Notes: a model not told the origin generated them from the letters alone. Positions 1 to 13,251 are shown, counted from the first letter of the stretch. The stretch: DNA of 64,000 bases from Camelus dromedarius (GCF_036321535.1 NC_087436.1:11780001-11844000); one strand, 5' to 3'. Numbers and translations are program-made.

Positions 1-430
1 CATTTTTAAAAAGTTAGGTAGTTTTTGACTAACAAAATTAGGAATTTTTCTATGGGAAAATATATGGCAAAAAGTAAAAAAAAAAAAAAAAGTCTAGAGT
101 AAGAAAATATTTGCAAAGCTGCATGATAAAGAAGAAACTTGTACTTAATATACAATGAACATCTATAAAACAATAAGAAAAATAGAAATGTGATAGAAAA
201 ATAGACAAAGCTTGCAGTTAAGCAAGATACATAAGATGGAATGTGGATGGCCAATGGCAATGTATGAAATATATGAGAAGAATTCAACTTCTCTAATAAA
301 AGAAATACAAACTAAAACAAGTTATTGAAATGAAAAGCAGATAATAAGCTCCATTGCTGGCCATGGTGTGGGTAGGCAGACACTTTCATATATTGCTGAT
401 GGATGTGAGAATTGCTGTGACCTTAAATAT
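1..430 (+). mobile_element. Old degraded L1 (L1M-type) ORF2 3' fragment
   Basis: A-rich sequence with decayed L1 motifs (gaaaatatttgcaa, atggccaat...tatgaa, ttgctgatggatgtga). Confidence 0.6.
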
Positions 431-1036
431 TCATATCCGTCTATGTAGATAGGGCTGTATAGGTTTTTATTTGTTTTGGTTTCATGCAATTTCATGTGCA
501 ATTTTTCTGTTTGATTTTTTTGTTATTTAACTATCTTTGCAGAAAGAAATTCTTTTCTCTTGCTGGGTTTGGGATACAGTTATTTATCTTTTGAGCTGAT
601 AAGCAGTTATAAAATCTTTTTAAGTGGGAACTGCTGATCCACATGATGATTTGTATCATTAAAGTTGAAAACAGACAGCTGTTTATTTTGTTCACCAAGA
701 AATGTTTCAATAAGAATGTTTTTGACGAGATCTCAAACCATCCAAATACAACATCTTAAATAGCTTTAAAAAAATTGTGAATTTATCAGCAGAAACAATG
801 ACAAGATTCAATATAATATTATGTTGACATTTTGGGATTGTAAATATGGTTTACCTGGGATCACGTGAAGTTAAGGATGATCAGTTAACATTTAGGACAG
901 TATTTCTTTATTGTCTTTATTTCTTCATTGAAGCTATGTGGTTTATATTTTATTTAGCAAAACATTTCAATATTGTTTTTACTTGCGAATGCTTGTGGAA
1001 CATTTCTTTACATTAACATTAAAGAATCCCTATGGG

Positions 1037-1902
1037 GATCAATAGGCACATGAAAAAATGCTCAATATCACTAATTATCAGAGAAATGCAAATCAAAACT
1101 ACAATGAGGTATCACCTCACACCAGCCAGAATGGCCATCATTCAAAAATCCACAAATGACAAATGCTGGAGAGGCTGTGGAGAAAGGGGAACCCTCCTAC
1201 ACTGCTGGTGGGAATGCAGTTTGGTGCAGCCACTATGGAAAACGGTATGGAGATTCCTCAAAAGACTAGGAATAGACTTACCATATGACCCAGGAATCCC
1301 GCTCCTGGGCTTTTATCCAGAAGGAAGAACCCTACTTCAGGATGACACCTGCACCCCAATGTTCATAGCAGCACTATTTACAATAGCCAAGACATGGAAA
1401 CAGCCTAAATGTCCATCAACAGGTGACTGGATAGAGAAGAAGTGGTATATTTATACAATGGAATACTATTCAGCCATAAAAACCAACAACATAACGCCAT
1501 TTGCAGCAACATGGATGCTCCTAGAGAATATCATTCTAAGTGAAATAAGCCAGAAAGAGAAAGAAAAATACCATATGAGATCACTCATATGTGGAATCTA
1601 AAAAACATAAACAAAAAAACAAAGCATAAATACAAAACAGAAATAGACTCATAGACATAGAATACAAACTTGTGATTGCCAAGGGGGTGGAGGGTGGGAA
1701 GGGATAGACGGGATTTTAAAATTGTAGAATAGATAATATTATACTGTATAGCACAGGGAAATATACACAAGATCTTATGGTAGCTCACAGAGAAAAAAAT
1801 GTGACAATGAATATATATATGTTCATGTATAACTGAAAAATTGTGCTCTACACTGGAATTTGATTCAACATTGTAAAATGATTATAAATCAATAAAAAAA
1901 AA
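1037..1902 (+). mobile_element. Young 5'-truncated L1 with open ORF2 C-terminus
   Basis: ORF 1032-1601 is the L1 ORF2 C-terminal domain (HMKKCS...CWWEC...[10 protein letters not shown]); poly(A) tail; TSD aaag(a/g)atccctatggg at 1021-1036 and 1903-1918. Confidence 0.95.
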
Positions 1903-2594
1903 AAAGGATCCCTATGGGAAGGGAAAAGTAAAACAGTAATATGAACTAATATAAATTATTGTAAGATGAGAAATCTCTAGTCTTTTGGGGACCCACGTAT
2001 ATCCAAGTTATTGTCTCTTGACCTTGGATGAGACTTGTCCATTATTTTACTAATCTGTTCTCTTCATTTGAAAAATTCTCTGTAAGTCTTATCTTAATCC
2101 CTAAAGAAATAAAGAGTAGCAGAAAATGGGTGAGATGGAGTGGGAGGTAAAATGAGAATAGTTGCAATCAGTAAAAATCTTGAAAGTACTTTAGTGAGAG
2201 AACTATAAACAAAATATGATAGTGCATATACTGTAAGAATCCATGATTACTCATGATTTATTCAGAAGCAGAGTTATTTCAGTAAGCCCTATGATATTCT
2301 ACCATCTTCCTGCATCTAATGTTGAATTCAGTATACACCAGCAGATTCTTTTTTGTTCATACAGTTTACCATTTATAGTGAGCCTTAGACCTCAGGCCAT
2401 GTAGTGGCCTCCAAAATTAAGCTGTGTGCTTTTGGCTGGGAGTGTGCACTCAACCTTGCTTGGAGTGAGCCAACAATATGCAAAAGCACTCAAGTTTCTA
2501 AAGAGATCTTTTATTATTTAGAAGTCAGTCTCTCTTGCTTGCTCTTTCTTTTCCCTACTCTTGATTTTGGAGGTTCCACATAGTCTTTCTGCAC

Positions 2595-2748
2595 TCAAAG
2601 AATGATCACAGACAACAGCATGGTATCCCCTGGGAGATTCCTAGAGCTTCAGGCTCTCAGGCCCCACTGCAGACTTGCTGAATTGGAATTTGCATTTTAA
2701 CAGTACCTCCAGGAGATTCACATGCACGTCCAAGTTTGAGGAGCCTGC
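2595..2748. mobile_element. MER5-like hAT DNA transposon remnant
   Basis: cagc...cctgggag...tctcaggcccca...gaatttgcattttaaca...aagtttgagga pattern; similar remnants at about 4165-4300, 45340-45470 and 49150-49300. Confidence 0.65.
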
Positions 2749-3124
2749 CATGTGGAATAAGTTATTATCTATACTCTTGAAGGATTGGTTAATTTTCCAA
2801 ATCCACTTAGGTTCCATAGGTCTTTGAAAGATCCCATTGTCACCTCATATTCCTGTTAGATGATTCTAACTTCTTCTGTCTCAAACAGGGGAGATTGTTC
2901 ATATTATGATAGCAACGTGTGTCATGGGCAATATTATTTCCATTTGTTGGTTACCTGCTAGTTGTGGGGCATGGTGCAAAATGTCTCATCTCTGTATTTT
3001 CTGATTTAATCCTCCCAACAACACAACAAAAGAGATTTTAGTAAGCCAAGTTAGGGAAAAGAATACTGGGGACAGGGGAAGGGGTTGCTTGAAGAAGTTT
3101 AGATACATGCATATGCGATGTTAG

Positions 3125-3666
3125 TACTACCAAATTCAGTTTTGGCTGCTTACTGCTCAAAAGCCAATAATTTGAAAGGCAAGTGTCAGCAGAAAGGAAA
3201 GTTGCTTTAATCAGAAAAGCCAGCAATCTGGGGAGAAGGTGGACTCATTTCCTGAGACCAACTCAGAAGATTTTGCTCAGCCATGATAGTTTTTAAAGGG
3301 AAAAATGGGGGAAGAATCTCTGAATCATCATCAAGGCAGGAAGTTTGGTTCCGCATCATCTCCATTGTGTGCAGACTGGCTGATTCTCTCTTCAGATGTT
3401 ACGTTGCCTGCATTGTCTGCCTGCAGGATTGCTGAGGGGTTGTTGGGGGTGGACAGCTAGTCATTCTTGAACTGCTTAATTCTTCATTCTCACTTCTTTT
3501 CATCCAGGAAAAGAACCAGTTGGCCAGGCATGGTGTGCATTCAAGAGAGCGTAAGTCAGGGGTTAGTTTCAATTACTTAGTGATCTCATTCCTGTAATTA
3601 GGTTCTTTTAAGGTTAGAGGGGGACAGAAATGGGCAAACAAGAAAGGGTCAAAAGAGCTGCTTTCA
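3125..3666 (-). mobile_element. ERV1-type solo LTR inserted into a MIR
   Basis: 4-bp TSD ttag (3121-3124, 3667-3670); ends ...gctgctttca; MIR-like sequence resumes on both sides (about 2930-3120 and 3670-3715). Confidence 0.7.
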
Positions 3667-6024
3667 TTAGAGTTGAAATTCAAACACATGTTTGTCTCAC
3701 CTAAGTCCATGCTGCCCCCTCTCCCAGCTTTTTTAAACAGTGCCAAATTGTTGCCATGCTGCTCTGGGCCATCTGCAGGAAGGAAGTGCAAGCAATAGTC
3801 TCCCGTTTGTCTGGAACAGAAAACCAGCCTGTGTAAGAGATGCTTATGGTGGCTGTGATCTCCCCTCTTTCCTGACTTGTGAATGTCTAGTCATATGATT
3901 CCTTAAGTTTGTAAGATTATTGCATAATTTTGTGGATTTTTTTCTTTGCAAATATGAGAGAAGAGAATTCATAGTTTTGTTTAAATCAAATTCTCAAAAA
4001 AGTTCATGACCCACAAATTGAAAAGAACTATTACCCTTTTCAATCTATATCCCAATGGCCCTTAGCTGTTGGAATTCCTACCTGACTGTTGGCATAACTG
4101 AACTCCTCCCACACTAAACTTTCCCTACACCTACGTCCCTAACCACTCCTCCTTCCTGGAAGGGTGTCAGAATCACCTCTAGATCCTTAAAAAAATACAC
4201 GTGTTCAGGTCCCTGCTCAGACCTTCTGAAGTATGATCTTTGGTAATGGAGCTCAGAAATCTGTATGTGTTGCAAGCCCACAAATGATTCTGACCTATAG
4301 AATTGTTAAGTCAGCAAACTTTTCTTCAAAAGCTCTGGGGAAGAAAAAAAAAAGAGGATGCTTCATGAATGCCCTGATACGCAGTAATCTCTTGGAGGGA
4401 GACCTGGCAGACCCAGCCCTCCCACAGGTGAGTCATCTCCAGCTCGGTACTGGCTTCAGTGCTGAGGCAGGAGAAAGACTCAGACTTGATTTGGTCCTTT
4501 ACTTGTCTTTAAAAGCTTCTGCTGTATTGCCTACTGCTTCTGAGACTGGTATATGCCTAGCACTGCAAGTCTTCAGTTATGATGCTGAAAGAAATAACAC
4601 CCTGAAGATGTTTTGACAAATAAACTTGACTTTTGAGTTATCTTCTTCTTGAGAGAATTAAAAAGGAAGTTTCAAAGAATTTCTGGGGAGAGATTGTTCA
4701 ACCAAGCTTTAACATCGCTCATTTTTTGTAGGTAGTTACCCTTGCTACCACTTTATCTGTTTTTAGCAAATTGAAGTTTTTCTTCTTCATTCATCCGCAT
4801 CTGCTAGAAATGCTTGACATTTTCCACCCACACAGGTTCTGATGACGTCACTTTTACTGGTCCTCTCAAATGTTCACCTTTGAAATAAGATGAGCTCTTT
4901 ATTCATGAGCATAGAGAGATGACTGCTGGAAATAGACTCGTGTTTTTCCATGACTCTTTGTAATCATGTCTTAGCTCACTGAGATGATCCAGCATTTTCT
5001 CTTTGTTTCAGAGAACTATCAAAATTGTCAACTAACATGTATTGAGAACATGTATCTGATTTGTATGGGACACATTTAGAAGCTTGAATACCAATAGTTT
5101 GTCAAAGGTCTTCTTTTGATGGAATCACAGGATGTTGAAGAGACCATCCAGCCCCACCTGTGTGCCATGTCGCTGAGATACTTTTGTACCTTCTGGGGGA
5201 ATTAATGATTTCGTTGCAGCCAACCGGTCTTCCAGCAGCTCTAGTTGAAAGAAATTTGTTCTTCACCTGTGTTAAATGCTCTCTCTCTGAACCTTCTAGT
5301 TTCGGTTCTAGTTTTGTCTTCTGGAGTTGTGCAGAATCAATCAAATCCCCACGTAACCACCTGAGGAAACTTAAACAACCTGCAACTTTCAGAAACGTGA
5401 TGCTGTACCTAAATTTCTCTTCTCAAGCCACAAAATCAGTTCCTCAAGGGCATTGTTTTCCAAAATAAACATACAGATCACAACCAAATATGTTGATGAG
5501 AGAGTCGGTAAAGACCTGAATCATAATCACTTCTCTAAAACCAGTCCTTTCCTGTTTATTTTACCTTATTTCTAGTGCCAGTTCATTGAATTCTGTTCTG
5601 TTCTTGGCCTCTTAGATAAATTTTATCTTTACATTTTACTTTATTTGATAAGAATACTGGTAAAAGACAGTAGAACCTTTTAAGAGAGTTATCTAAAATA
5701 ACTAGAAATTAATACTTCTAAAAGATGCTTTATGGTCCAAAAGCCATCCTCAGTAAATGAGTCCACAGAGGCATCCTGCCGTACATTTGAGGAGGTCTGT
5801 CACTGTCGTCGTGCTTTGCAGCAATTCTGTGATCAATATTATACAAAGATTATAAAGCATGAAACTACATCATTAAAACCATCTCTGCCTTATCTCATTT
5901 CTGTATTAAAAGTTGTATTCACTTCATGATGCTCTTAAACAAGTCAAACTTTTTTTTTTCCCTGAATCTAAAGCCTTTTGTAGGCAGTCTCTCTTTAGTA
6001 GTTATAAAGTGTTTAATGTAACAA

Positions 6025-6147
6025 TTTTTTTGGGGGGGGTGATAATTAGGTTTGTTTATTTATTTAGTTAATGGAAGTACTGGGGATTGAACCCAGGACC
6101 TCATGCATGCTAAGTACATGCTCTGCCACTGAGCTATACCCTCCCCC
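6025..6147 (-). mobile_element. tRNA-derived SINE, Vic-1-like (camelid)
   Basis: Reverse complement gggggagggtatagctcagtggcagagcatg...gaggtcctgggttcaatcccc (Pol III A and B boxes) plus A-rich tail. Confidence 0.85.
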
Positions 6148-6722
6148 TTCATGTTACTAATATTAAATAGCTAATTTCTCTGATTTTTAAATTATAAGTT
6201 TCTATATGAGTGGGCGTGAAATTATATTGCCTTTTCTACTGTGAAGATAGCCTCGTAGGTCAAGACTGTAGGAAGAAAAAAGAAACTTTGAATACCTGAA
6301 ATTGCTGATAAGTATTTTAGAAAAACTATTTAATAGGTTAAAGTGAATTTTTTTTCATTGATTTATTATGGCCAGTTTCAGAGCAAAGAGTGATAGAATC
6401 CAGTGCATCAATAACTTCTGGGGTAATTAACTCAGCTCCCAAATTTCCCACTTCTCTCTACCTTTCCTCCCTCCTAGAATGATAATGATGCAGTATTCTG
6501 GAAAACAGCTCTATCTCAATACAAGAAAAACCCAAACAAACCTCTTTTAAGTCTTCCTGTGTAAAATTAAACATAAAAAATTAAACATAAAGAAAGACAT
6601 TAGGGTAGAGGCTAGCCAGATTATCTTATCAGGTGTTTGAAAAGTCTTCAGGTTTCTTAGACCTCAGATTCCCTTCTGGAGAACTTACGACGAGACATAC
6701 ATCCCAAGTAATTGCTCTGCAT

Positions 6723-6910
6723 AGCAGTGATGTGCTGGAGTAGGCTTGCACTGGCTTATGAGATCTATTTTGCTATTCAGTATGTGTGTGAGCCAGTTGA
6801 CCTCACACAGAGAGCCTCATACTGGCTGTGGTGGCAGTATTTACACCATGGAAATTGGCAAATGCTACAGATCAGAGCTGCTTGTTAAACATTTACCAGC
6901 TTCTCATTGT
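6723..6910 (+). mobile_element. MER63-like hAT MITE
   Basis: cagtgatgtgctggag ... gtatttacaccatggaaattggcaaatgctaca ... gttaaacatttaccagc. Confidence 0.65.
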
Positions 6911-8599
6911 ATCTAGCATGCCTGTATGAAAACAAATATTTTAATTTCAAAAAAGTTGAAGGTATTTGTTAATATTAAAACTCAGACATTGTATTTGTAA
7001 GGCTGGAAATAGCTTCTGGTCTTTTGTTTACCCTCTTTTTTTCAAGTAGGCTATTACTAGGAACATTCTAGATACCAATTGTAAGAGAACTTTAAAATTA
7101 TGTGTAATTTCTAACACACAATTACTATTTTAAAAAATAATTCTGTAGTGTATCTCTGCATACTAATTCTGTAATATATTCTATGTCGAGTGCCCATTAA
7201 AATCAGATGAAGCGAGATTTCACTTTCAAGGTGTCATGCTAATTTAGTTATTTTAAAATGTAACTTGGAAGAAGGGAGCAAGGTATTATAATCTTCTAAC
7301 TCAGCAATTTCTTTTGCAACTGTTTTTTGTTCTTTTGCCTTTCCTTGGTTTCTTTCTCCCTTCCTTCTTTATCTCTGCCTCATCTGGCATCTATTTTTAT
7401 AAACATACCCAGTTTCTTCCTTTGTTTATTTGGCCCCTGAAGATTTGCATTTCTTTCAGGAATATACTCAGCATTTTAGGCTGCTAACATGTGCTGAAAC
7501 AGGAGCCAATTAATGACATATTATCCACAAGTATTGGGGAACTTATGGGGCTCATTCTGCAAGTGTGATTTGTAGGCTATAATATGTTAGAATGTCAAAC
7601 AAGTGGAAACCATTATTAGCACTAATATCTTAACCTCAGGTTTACCACTGAGGGAGGAAAGTCACTGATTAAACCCCATGTGTTCCACAGGCGTGTCCAA
7701 CTTGTTTGCACAGCCTTTTGTGAATCAACTCAGTTCAGTGATTGTGCCATTTGTATAGCTGGTTATCTGTTTCTCAAAATCAGTGGTTATGTGCACATTT
7801 TACCATCATATCTTTGGGAAGTGGGGTTTTATTTTTGTATGCTATAGTTATTCAGCAATGTGTTTAGTATATTACATATAGCAGGAACATGTATTTTGAA
7901 ATCAATGAGTTAAGTATGTATCTTTCAAATGAGTTATGGGACTTATATTTTTGACAGTAGTTTGATGTTGGGGGAAGAATAGATTAATCTCATTATGAAT
8001 TTCATCTCTGCAGGATGAAAGATGAAGGGTCTTGTTATTATAATCAAGTTCCTTTAAACACCCTTCATCTACTTATTTTTTCTAAACAATGATGCTGTAC
8101 TTGTTAGATAGAACTTCCGATTTACATCCTACTTTCACATTTACCTCATTTTCCATGAGATACTTTCCCTCTGCTGTTTTCTTCCCATATACCGGTCATT
8201 GAATAATTGACTCTAAGATTTGAAAGGGACTTAAATCTGATCAGTTACTCTCTACCCAACAGTCAGCCTATCTGTCAGCTATTTCCAACAGGAGAAAATA
8301 TTAGAGGGACAGAAAGGCTGACCATTGGATCAAATACGGGGGTGACAATGAATTTTCCTTTTTGTGGAAAGGCAGACAATATTATTTATTCACTTTTGCC
8401 CCTTTATTAGATCATTTTTTTCAGGCTCAGCCTATTTTTTATGGATTCTGCTTCAGTGGCTCTCTGGTCACCTTAAAGCCTCCCATCTGGGGGCTTTGCC
8501 AGTCTGCTGTCAGCTGCAGACTTCACCCACGTGCTGAGCCTAAGGGTGTGGGGTTCTGGGGTGCAAAATACTTATGTTTTATTTTTAAAGCAGTAGAAA

Positions 8600-8700
8600 C
8601 TTCTTTATTCCTTCCTTTCTCCCTTTCTTTCTTTCTTCCTTCCTTTCTTTCTTCCTTCTTCCCTCCCTCTCTCCCTCCCTCCCCCTTCCCCTCCTTCCTG
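8600..8700. repeat. Pyrimidine-rich (CTTT/CCTT)n low-complexity tract
   Basis: Directly visible. Confidence 0.85.
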
Positions 8701-8979
8701 ACTTAGTTATTTCAAATCACATTAATACAATTGGGGCAAATTAAGAATTACAAGTGTGAAACTGAAAATCACTTACTTGCTCCAGTTTGGGATATAATAT
8801 TTCTGACTTTGGTAAAAATTTGGCGCTTTTGTTAAAAACAAATAAATCTTAATAGTTACTCTTATCTTGTTCTGATGAGAATGCAGATCCAGTCTGAAAA
8901 CGTTATTTGTCCTGTGACACAGATAAGATAGACACTCAGCCCAGCCAGGCTGAATGTGGTTTGTGAGGTGATCGTCTTT

Positions 8980-10030
8980 TACGGATGGCTTGCTGGAGGG
9001 CCGTGTGCCACGCGAAGTAACTGGAAAACTGATTACACAGAATTGTGGAAAAAATTGATGTAACCGGGAAGCTCTCCTTCCTGAGTCGCTGCAATGCGTT
9101 CTGTACAAATATGGTTCCTCGGCTGCGGGATCAGGAGCTCCGGGTAACTATCAGGTGAAAAGGGCAATGAATTAGATAGTGAGGGAAGTAAGACGAATGT
9201 GAGAGCAACCGTCCGCACGTGCACACGGAGGACGCTCGCGGCTTCTCGGCCAGTTGCCGGGAGCGCTGAGCCGGCGTCTGCGCGCGTGCGTCACAGTGAC
9301 AGCCGCGGGGCATGACGTCCCTGTTCCCCGGGACGTGTCCCCTGCAGACGCTGTCAACAGGACCGCGTGTGTCATCCGTTTAAAATCTGTTGTAAACTCC
9401 ATCTTTATAGCCGCAGGAAAGAAAATGAAGTGCTGATGAAAAGCTGTCACTCTGTTCAACAGATTGAAGGTCAGTTGACACAGAGAGACGCTTTTGTCCA
9501 AGCACAAAGTCTTCCCTTTTGTGTCTATTTTTGGGCTAAAGATGGTGAAGGCAAAGTCTCTCCAGAACCCTCTATTTAGCCCTTACAACAAAAATAGCCT
9601 TAGGGAGCTGCTTGCCTAGAGGGCTTCTGTGGTTCGCTTGTGACCATGGAGATTAAACTTCCTCCTGGGACATCAGCTGTTCCTGCCGTGCTGCCTTCAT
9701 TCCCAAAGAAGAATTTCCATTCCTGCCTGAGGATGCGGGGTGGCGCCGCAAGCGCTGGGGCCTCGGGGCGCGGACTCCCTGGTACTGCCTCGCCCCCCTT
9801 CAGTTACTCAGTTATCCCCCTTGGCTGTTGCGGAAAGGTTTGCAGGGGCCGTGACTGCACCTGCATCTCAAGGGCATGTCGGTCCCGCTGCCAGGGCGTG
9901 GGATTTAGAAGAAGACCATTCATCTATTCACTTACTCATGGATGCATTTAACGGTGTCACTGCGCTCTCACTGTTTCGGACTCCGTGCTGGGCGCAGGTG
10001 GTGCATTGTGAGCTGACTCGGGCACATCCC
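8980..10030. promoter_or_regulatory. CpG-rich patch in intron 1, candidate regulatory element
   Basis: Dense CpGs (e.g. ccggcgtctgcgcgcgtgcg at 9271-9290) against an AT-rich, CpG-poor background. Confidence 0.45.
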
Positions 10031-10500
10031 ACTCCTAACAGACACACAGTCCGGGGTGGGGGATTAAACAAATCATCACAGTGATTACTGCACATTTTCA
10101 AACCGAGATGTTAAAAACAACAAAGGAGCTGGACTTGGATGTGAGATGCTCTAAGGAAACCCTAGTTATCCGTGAGCAGAAGGCTGAGCGGGCACAGCGT
10201 GTGTGAAGAGTGGACAGCATGGTGGGGAGAGCCCTGCGCTGGAGGAGGCGTGGGTGCCTCCGGAGAGGAGAGGTCCTCAGGCCAGACCCTGTGGGGTTAG
10301 AGGTCCCGCCGAGGACTTTGGTCTTTGTGAGGAAGGCCAGGGGGAAGTTAGCTGATGGATTTTCAGGTAGAGGGAGCTGATGAGGACTGCACTGTGTAAA
10401 GACAGCTCTGGCTTTGGGAGGGAAAGGGGCTAGAGAGAGGACAGAGGGGTGGTAGTAACATATCAGTTTGGAGCCTTGAAGCTGGTTGGTTATGGATCCA
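9930..10500. mobile_element. L2 LINE remnant
   Basis: ttcatctattcacttactcat terminus and purine-rich body typical of L2 3' ends; other L2-like remnants at about 16740-17420, 17980-18350, 32620-33150, 48600-49450 and 53260-54970. Confidence 0.55.
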
Positions 10501-11896
10501 ACATTCACCGTTACCTCCCTCCTGTGCACTGTTCGTGTGCATGTCTGTGTCCTCCGGACCCTCCACTCTTTGAGTTTAGGAGTGCCCCTCTACCTGCCTC
10601 AGGGCCTCTGTAGCATCTGACACTGGGATTTGCATATTTGCATATTTTCAACAGCTGCTGTATTTAAACTGTGGCTCTTCTCCATCTCACATGACATGTC
10701 TGTAGGCTTAAAAGATCACAGCCCTTCTGTATTCTGGTGCCAGCATTATCTAGTGATCCAATTTATTCCTGAAGATGGAAGAAGTGTATAAAACTACGCT
10801 TTGCTTTTCTTTCGCTAAGTCATCTATGCCTTACTTTTTATTTCCATACATTGATAGCTTCTAGAAAGTGACCTTGACAGTCCCATCTTTGTGTCAATCT
10901 AAAGCATTTCTATTGTCATTATTATTACTATCTCCTTACAAATGTAACAGGCGTATTGGGGGAGACTTGTTCCTGAGATTTCCCACAGAGCTGAAGAAGC
11001 AGGACCACACTGACAATGTCCTGATTCTGAAACCACAAATAAATAAAGCAGCGATAGGGAGCGGTGTGGCTTGGGGCAGAACTGAAAGAACATGCTCTAC
11101 CCCAAAGCATTCAAATTCAAACACAAGCTATGCAGTGACAGCCAAACAAAACACTGGGGTGCCACATTTGGCTAAGTGACTGTGCGTTTGCTACTTCTCC
11201 TTTAAATGATTAAAGTTCTTTTTTTTTTTTTAATCCAGAGGAGTAATAAAACATTTCAGCGTGCTCACTCTTTATGCATTGTGGGTCAAGCCCTTTTAAG
11301 TGTCCGAAGCTTCAGTGTTGTGTTGGGGTAAGGCAGCAGGACCGGAGTGCCTCCGACAGTGCATTCTCAAATAACTTTGGGAGGCGGGCCTCTGACATCC
11401 CCCTGGCTTCTTGGTCTCTGTTTTCTTTCGTAAAGGACCACGGTAGTTTCCTCTGTGCCTCAGTCCCATTAACACAGCCACTAAGGGGGTGACTTGGACA
11501 GAAAAGAAGATGATTATGACTTTTGAAATCAGAAGCAAAGAAAACGTCTCTTCTCACATACCTCCTGGGTGAGTCCCTGGGGTTAGTTCTGTTAGAGACA
11601 TTCCCTCAAAGTGAAAAACGAGAGGCCTATAAATAGCACTGACCTTGTTCCTGCCTGATCCTTAGATTAAGATTAGCTTCATCTCAGGCTGAGCGGTCAC
11701 ACAGGGCATGGTTTCTGTGGTTAGCAGTCACTCAAAGCACAGACCCAGGAATCTCATGAAAGAATATTTACATAATATATTTCTAGGAGAAAGGTAATTC
11801 CAACTTTTATGTGTTTTTTAACCAGAGGTGAGCAGTTCTAGTGATTTTGTAAATGGGAGGAATCTTTCCCACTGAAGAAATTGGGCCAGTTGGATG

Positions 11897-12491
11897 TGAA
11901 GTGGGAGGAAAGGGGGCAGGGTGCAACTGTTGAATGAATGACACAGCAATGAGGACAGGACAAGCTGGTTAGAACCAAGATGGCAGAAGATCTGACTTCC
12001 AGTAGACCTTGAGCCTCATGGCACACCCTCAGGTGCCATGACAGTGCCTAGGCTGAACATAAAAGGTCCAAAAGTAGGTGGTGAGGGGTGTTCCCTGGAA
12101 ATCCTTGGCCCTTCCCCAAAGTGGTTGGAATAATCCTCCTACTCATTAGCATATGAAATTACCCAGCCCATAAAACCTATCAACCCCGCACCTCGTGGTC
12201 GCTGTCTCTCTTGCCTTCTTGAGACTGCCCGCACTCTATCTATGGAGTGTGTATCTACTTTTTCTTTAAACTCAACACCCCACACCTATTGGCTTCTCTC
12301 CCTCTCGCCTTTCTGAGATGGCCACATTCTGCATATGGACTGTGTATCTCCTAAGCCGCTCTCCCTTCTGAGTGAGACGGCCCGCACTCTGTCCATGGAG
12401 TGTGTCTCTATAAATAAACTTGCTTTCACTTTACCACGCCTTGCTCTTGAATTCTTTCCTGCACAAGACAAGAGCCTGTTCTCCCACAACA
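11897..12491 (+). mobile_element. ERV1-type solo LTR, family B copy 1 (sense to CPE)
   Basis: TG...CA termini, perfect TSD gatg (11893-11896, 12492-12495), AATAAA at 12413-12418; homologous to 58932-59520. Confidence 0.9.
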
Positions 12492-12759
12492 GATGGATGA
12501 AACAGAAAGGAGCAGAACAAGAGGACTGAGATTACTTGGCTGCTGTGCTCTGCAATTTTATTCCTCCTCCTAAACTGCAACGAAACAGGCATTTATGATT
12601 TATGTTTGCATTCTGGGTCCTTCAGCAGAACTTACGCTCTTTGGCTGATTTCTACAATAACAATAATAAAAATACCTTTCTGTGTTTTAGTGGGCTGTTA
12701 TAAAGAGAATGCTAGATTACGTGTGGTAATGACAAGATAATATGATGTAAAAGTAATAC

Positions 12760-13000
12760 GAAAAATAATGATAGCAAATACATAGCACTTTTTTTTTGCC
12801 AGGCACTGTTCTAAGCATTTACATGCATTATTTTACTTAGTTCTTATAACTTTATGAGGTAGAATCTAGTATCTCATTTATAGATGGGGAAACAGAGCCA
12901 CAGAGAGCTAAAGTAACTACTGAAGGCCAGCCAGTGATAATTGGTGCCAGGATTTGAACCACAAAGACTGGCTCTAGAAGTTAATGCTTTTAGTCACTAT
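12760..13000. mobile_element. MIR SINE
   Basis: gccaggcactgttctaagcatttaca...tatagatggggaaacagag...ggatttgaacc core; other MIRs at about 13030-13190, 17445-17650, 42790-43040, 50800-50955 and 58740-58920. Confidence 0.75.
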
Positions 13001-13251
13001 GATTGGGAAAAAAAAAAAGTATAGATTTGTAACTAGATGAGAAGGCTAGCATTTGAATCCTGGCTTCATTAGCTGCGTGACTGAGGCCTGGCCTCTTCCA
13101 CGTCTGAACTTCAGTTTGCTCACCTTAAAGATGGCTAATACCTGTTTTTAGATGTTTGACGAAGACTAAGTAAGAAAACATGAAAGTTCTGTGTTTAATT
13201 GATAGGAGGCACATGATGTATTATTATGAATTATTAGGGGTGGGGTGGTAT

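Noticed and set aside
6080..6147. tRNA-like sequences here and at about 21895-21963
   Set aside because: They have SINE tails (and a clear TSD for the second copy), so they are tRNA-derived SINEs, not tRNA genes
9033..10566. Cluster of overlapping short ORFs
   Set aside because: Expected from locally high GC content; none resembles a known protein and CPE exon 1 is not present
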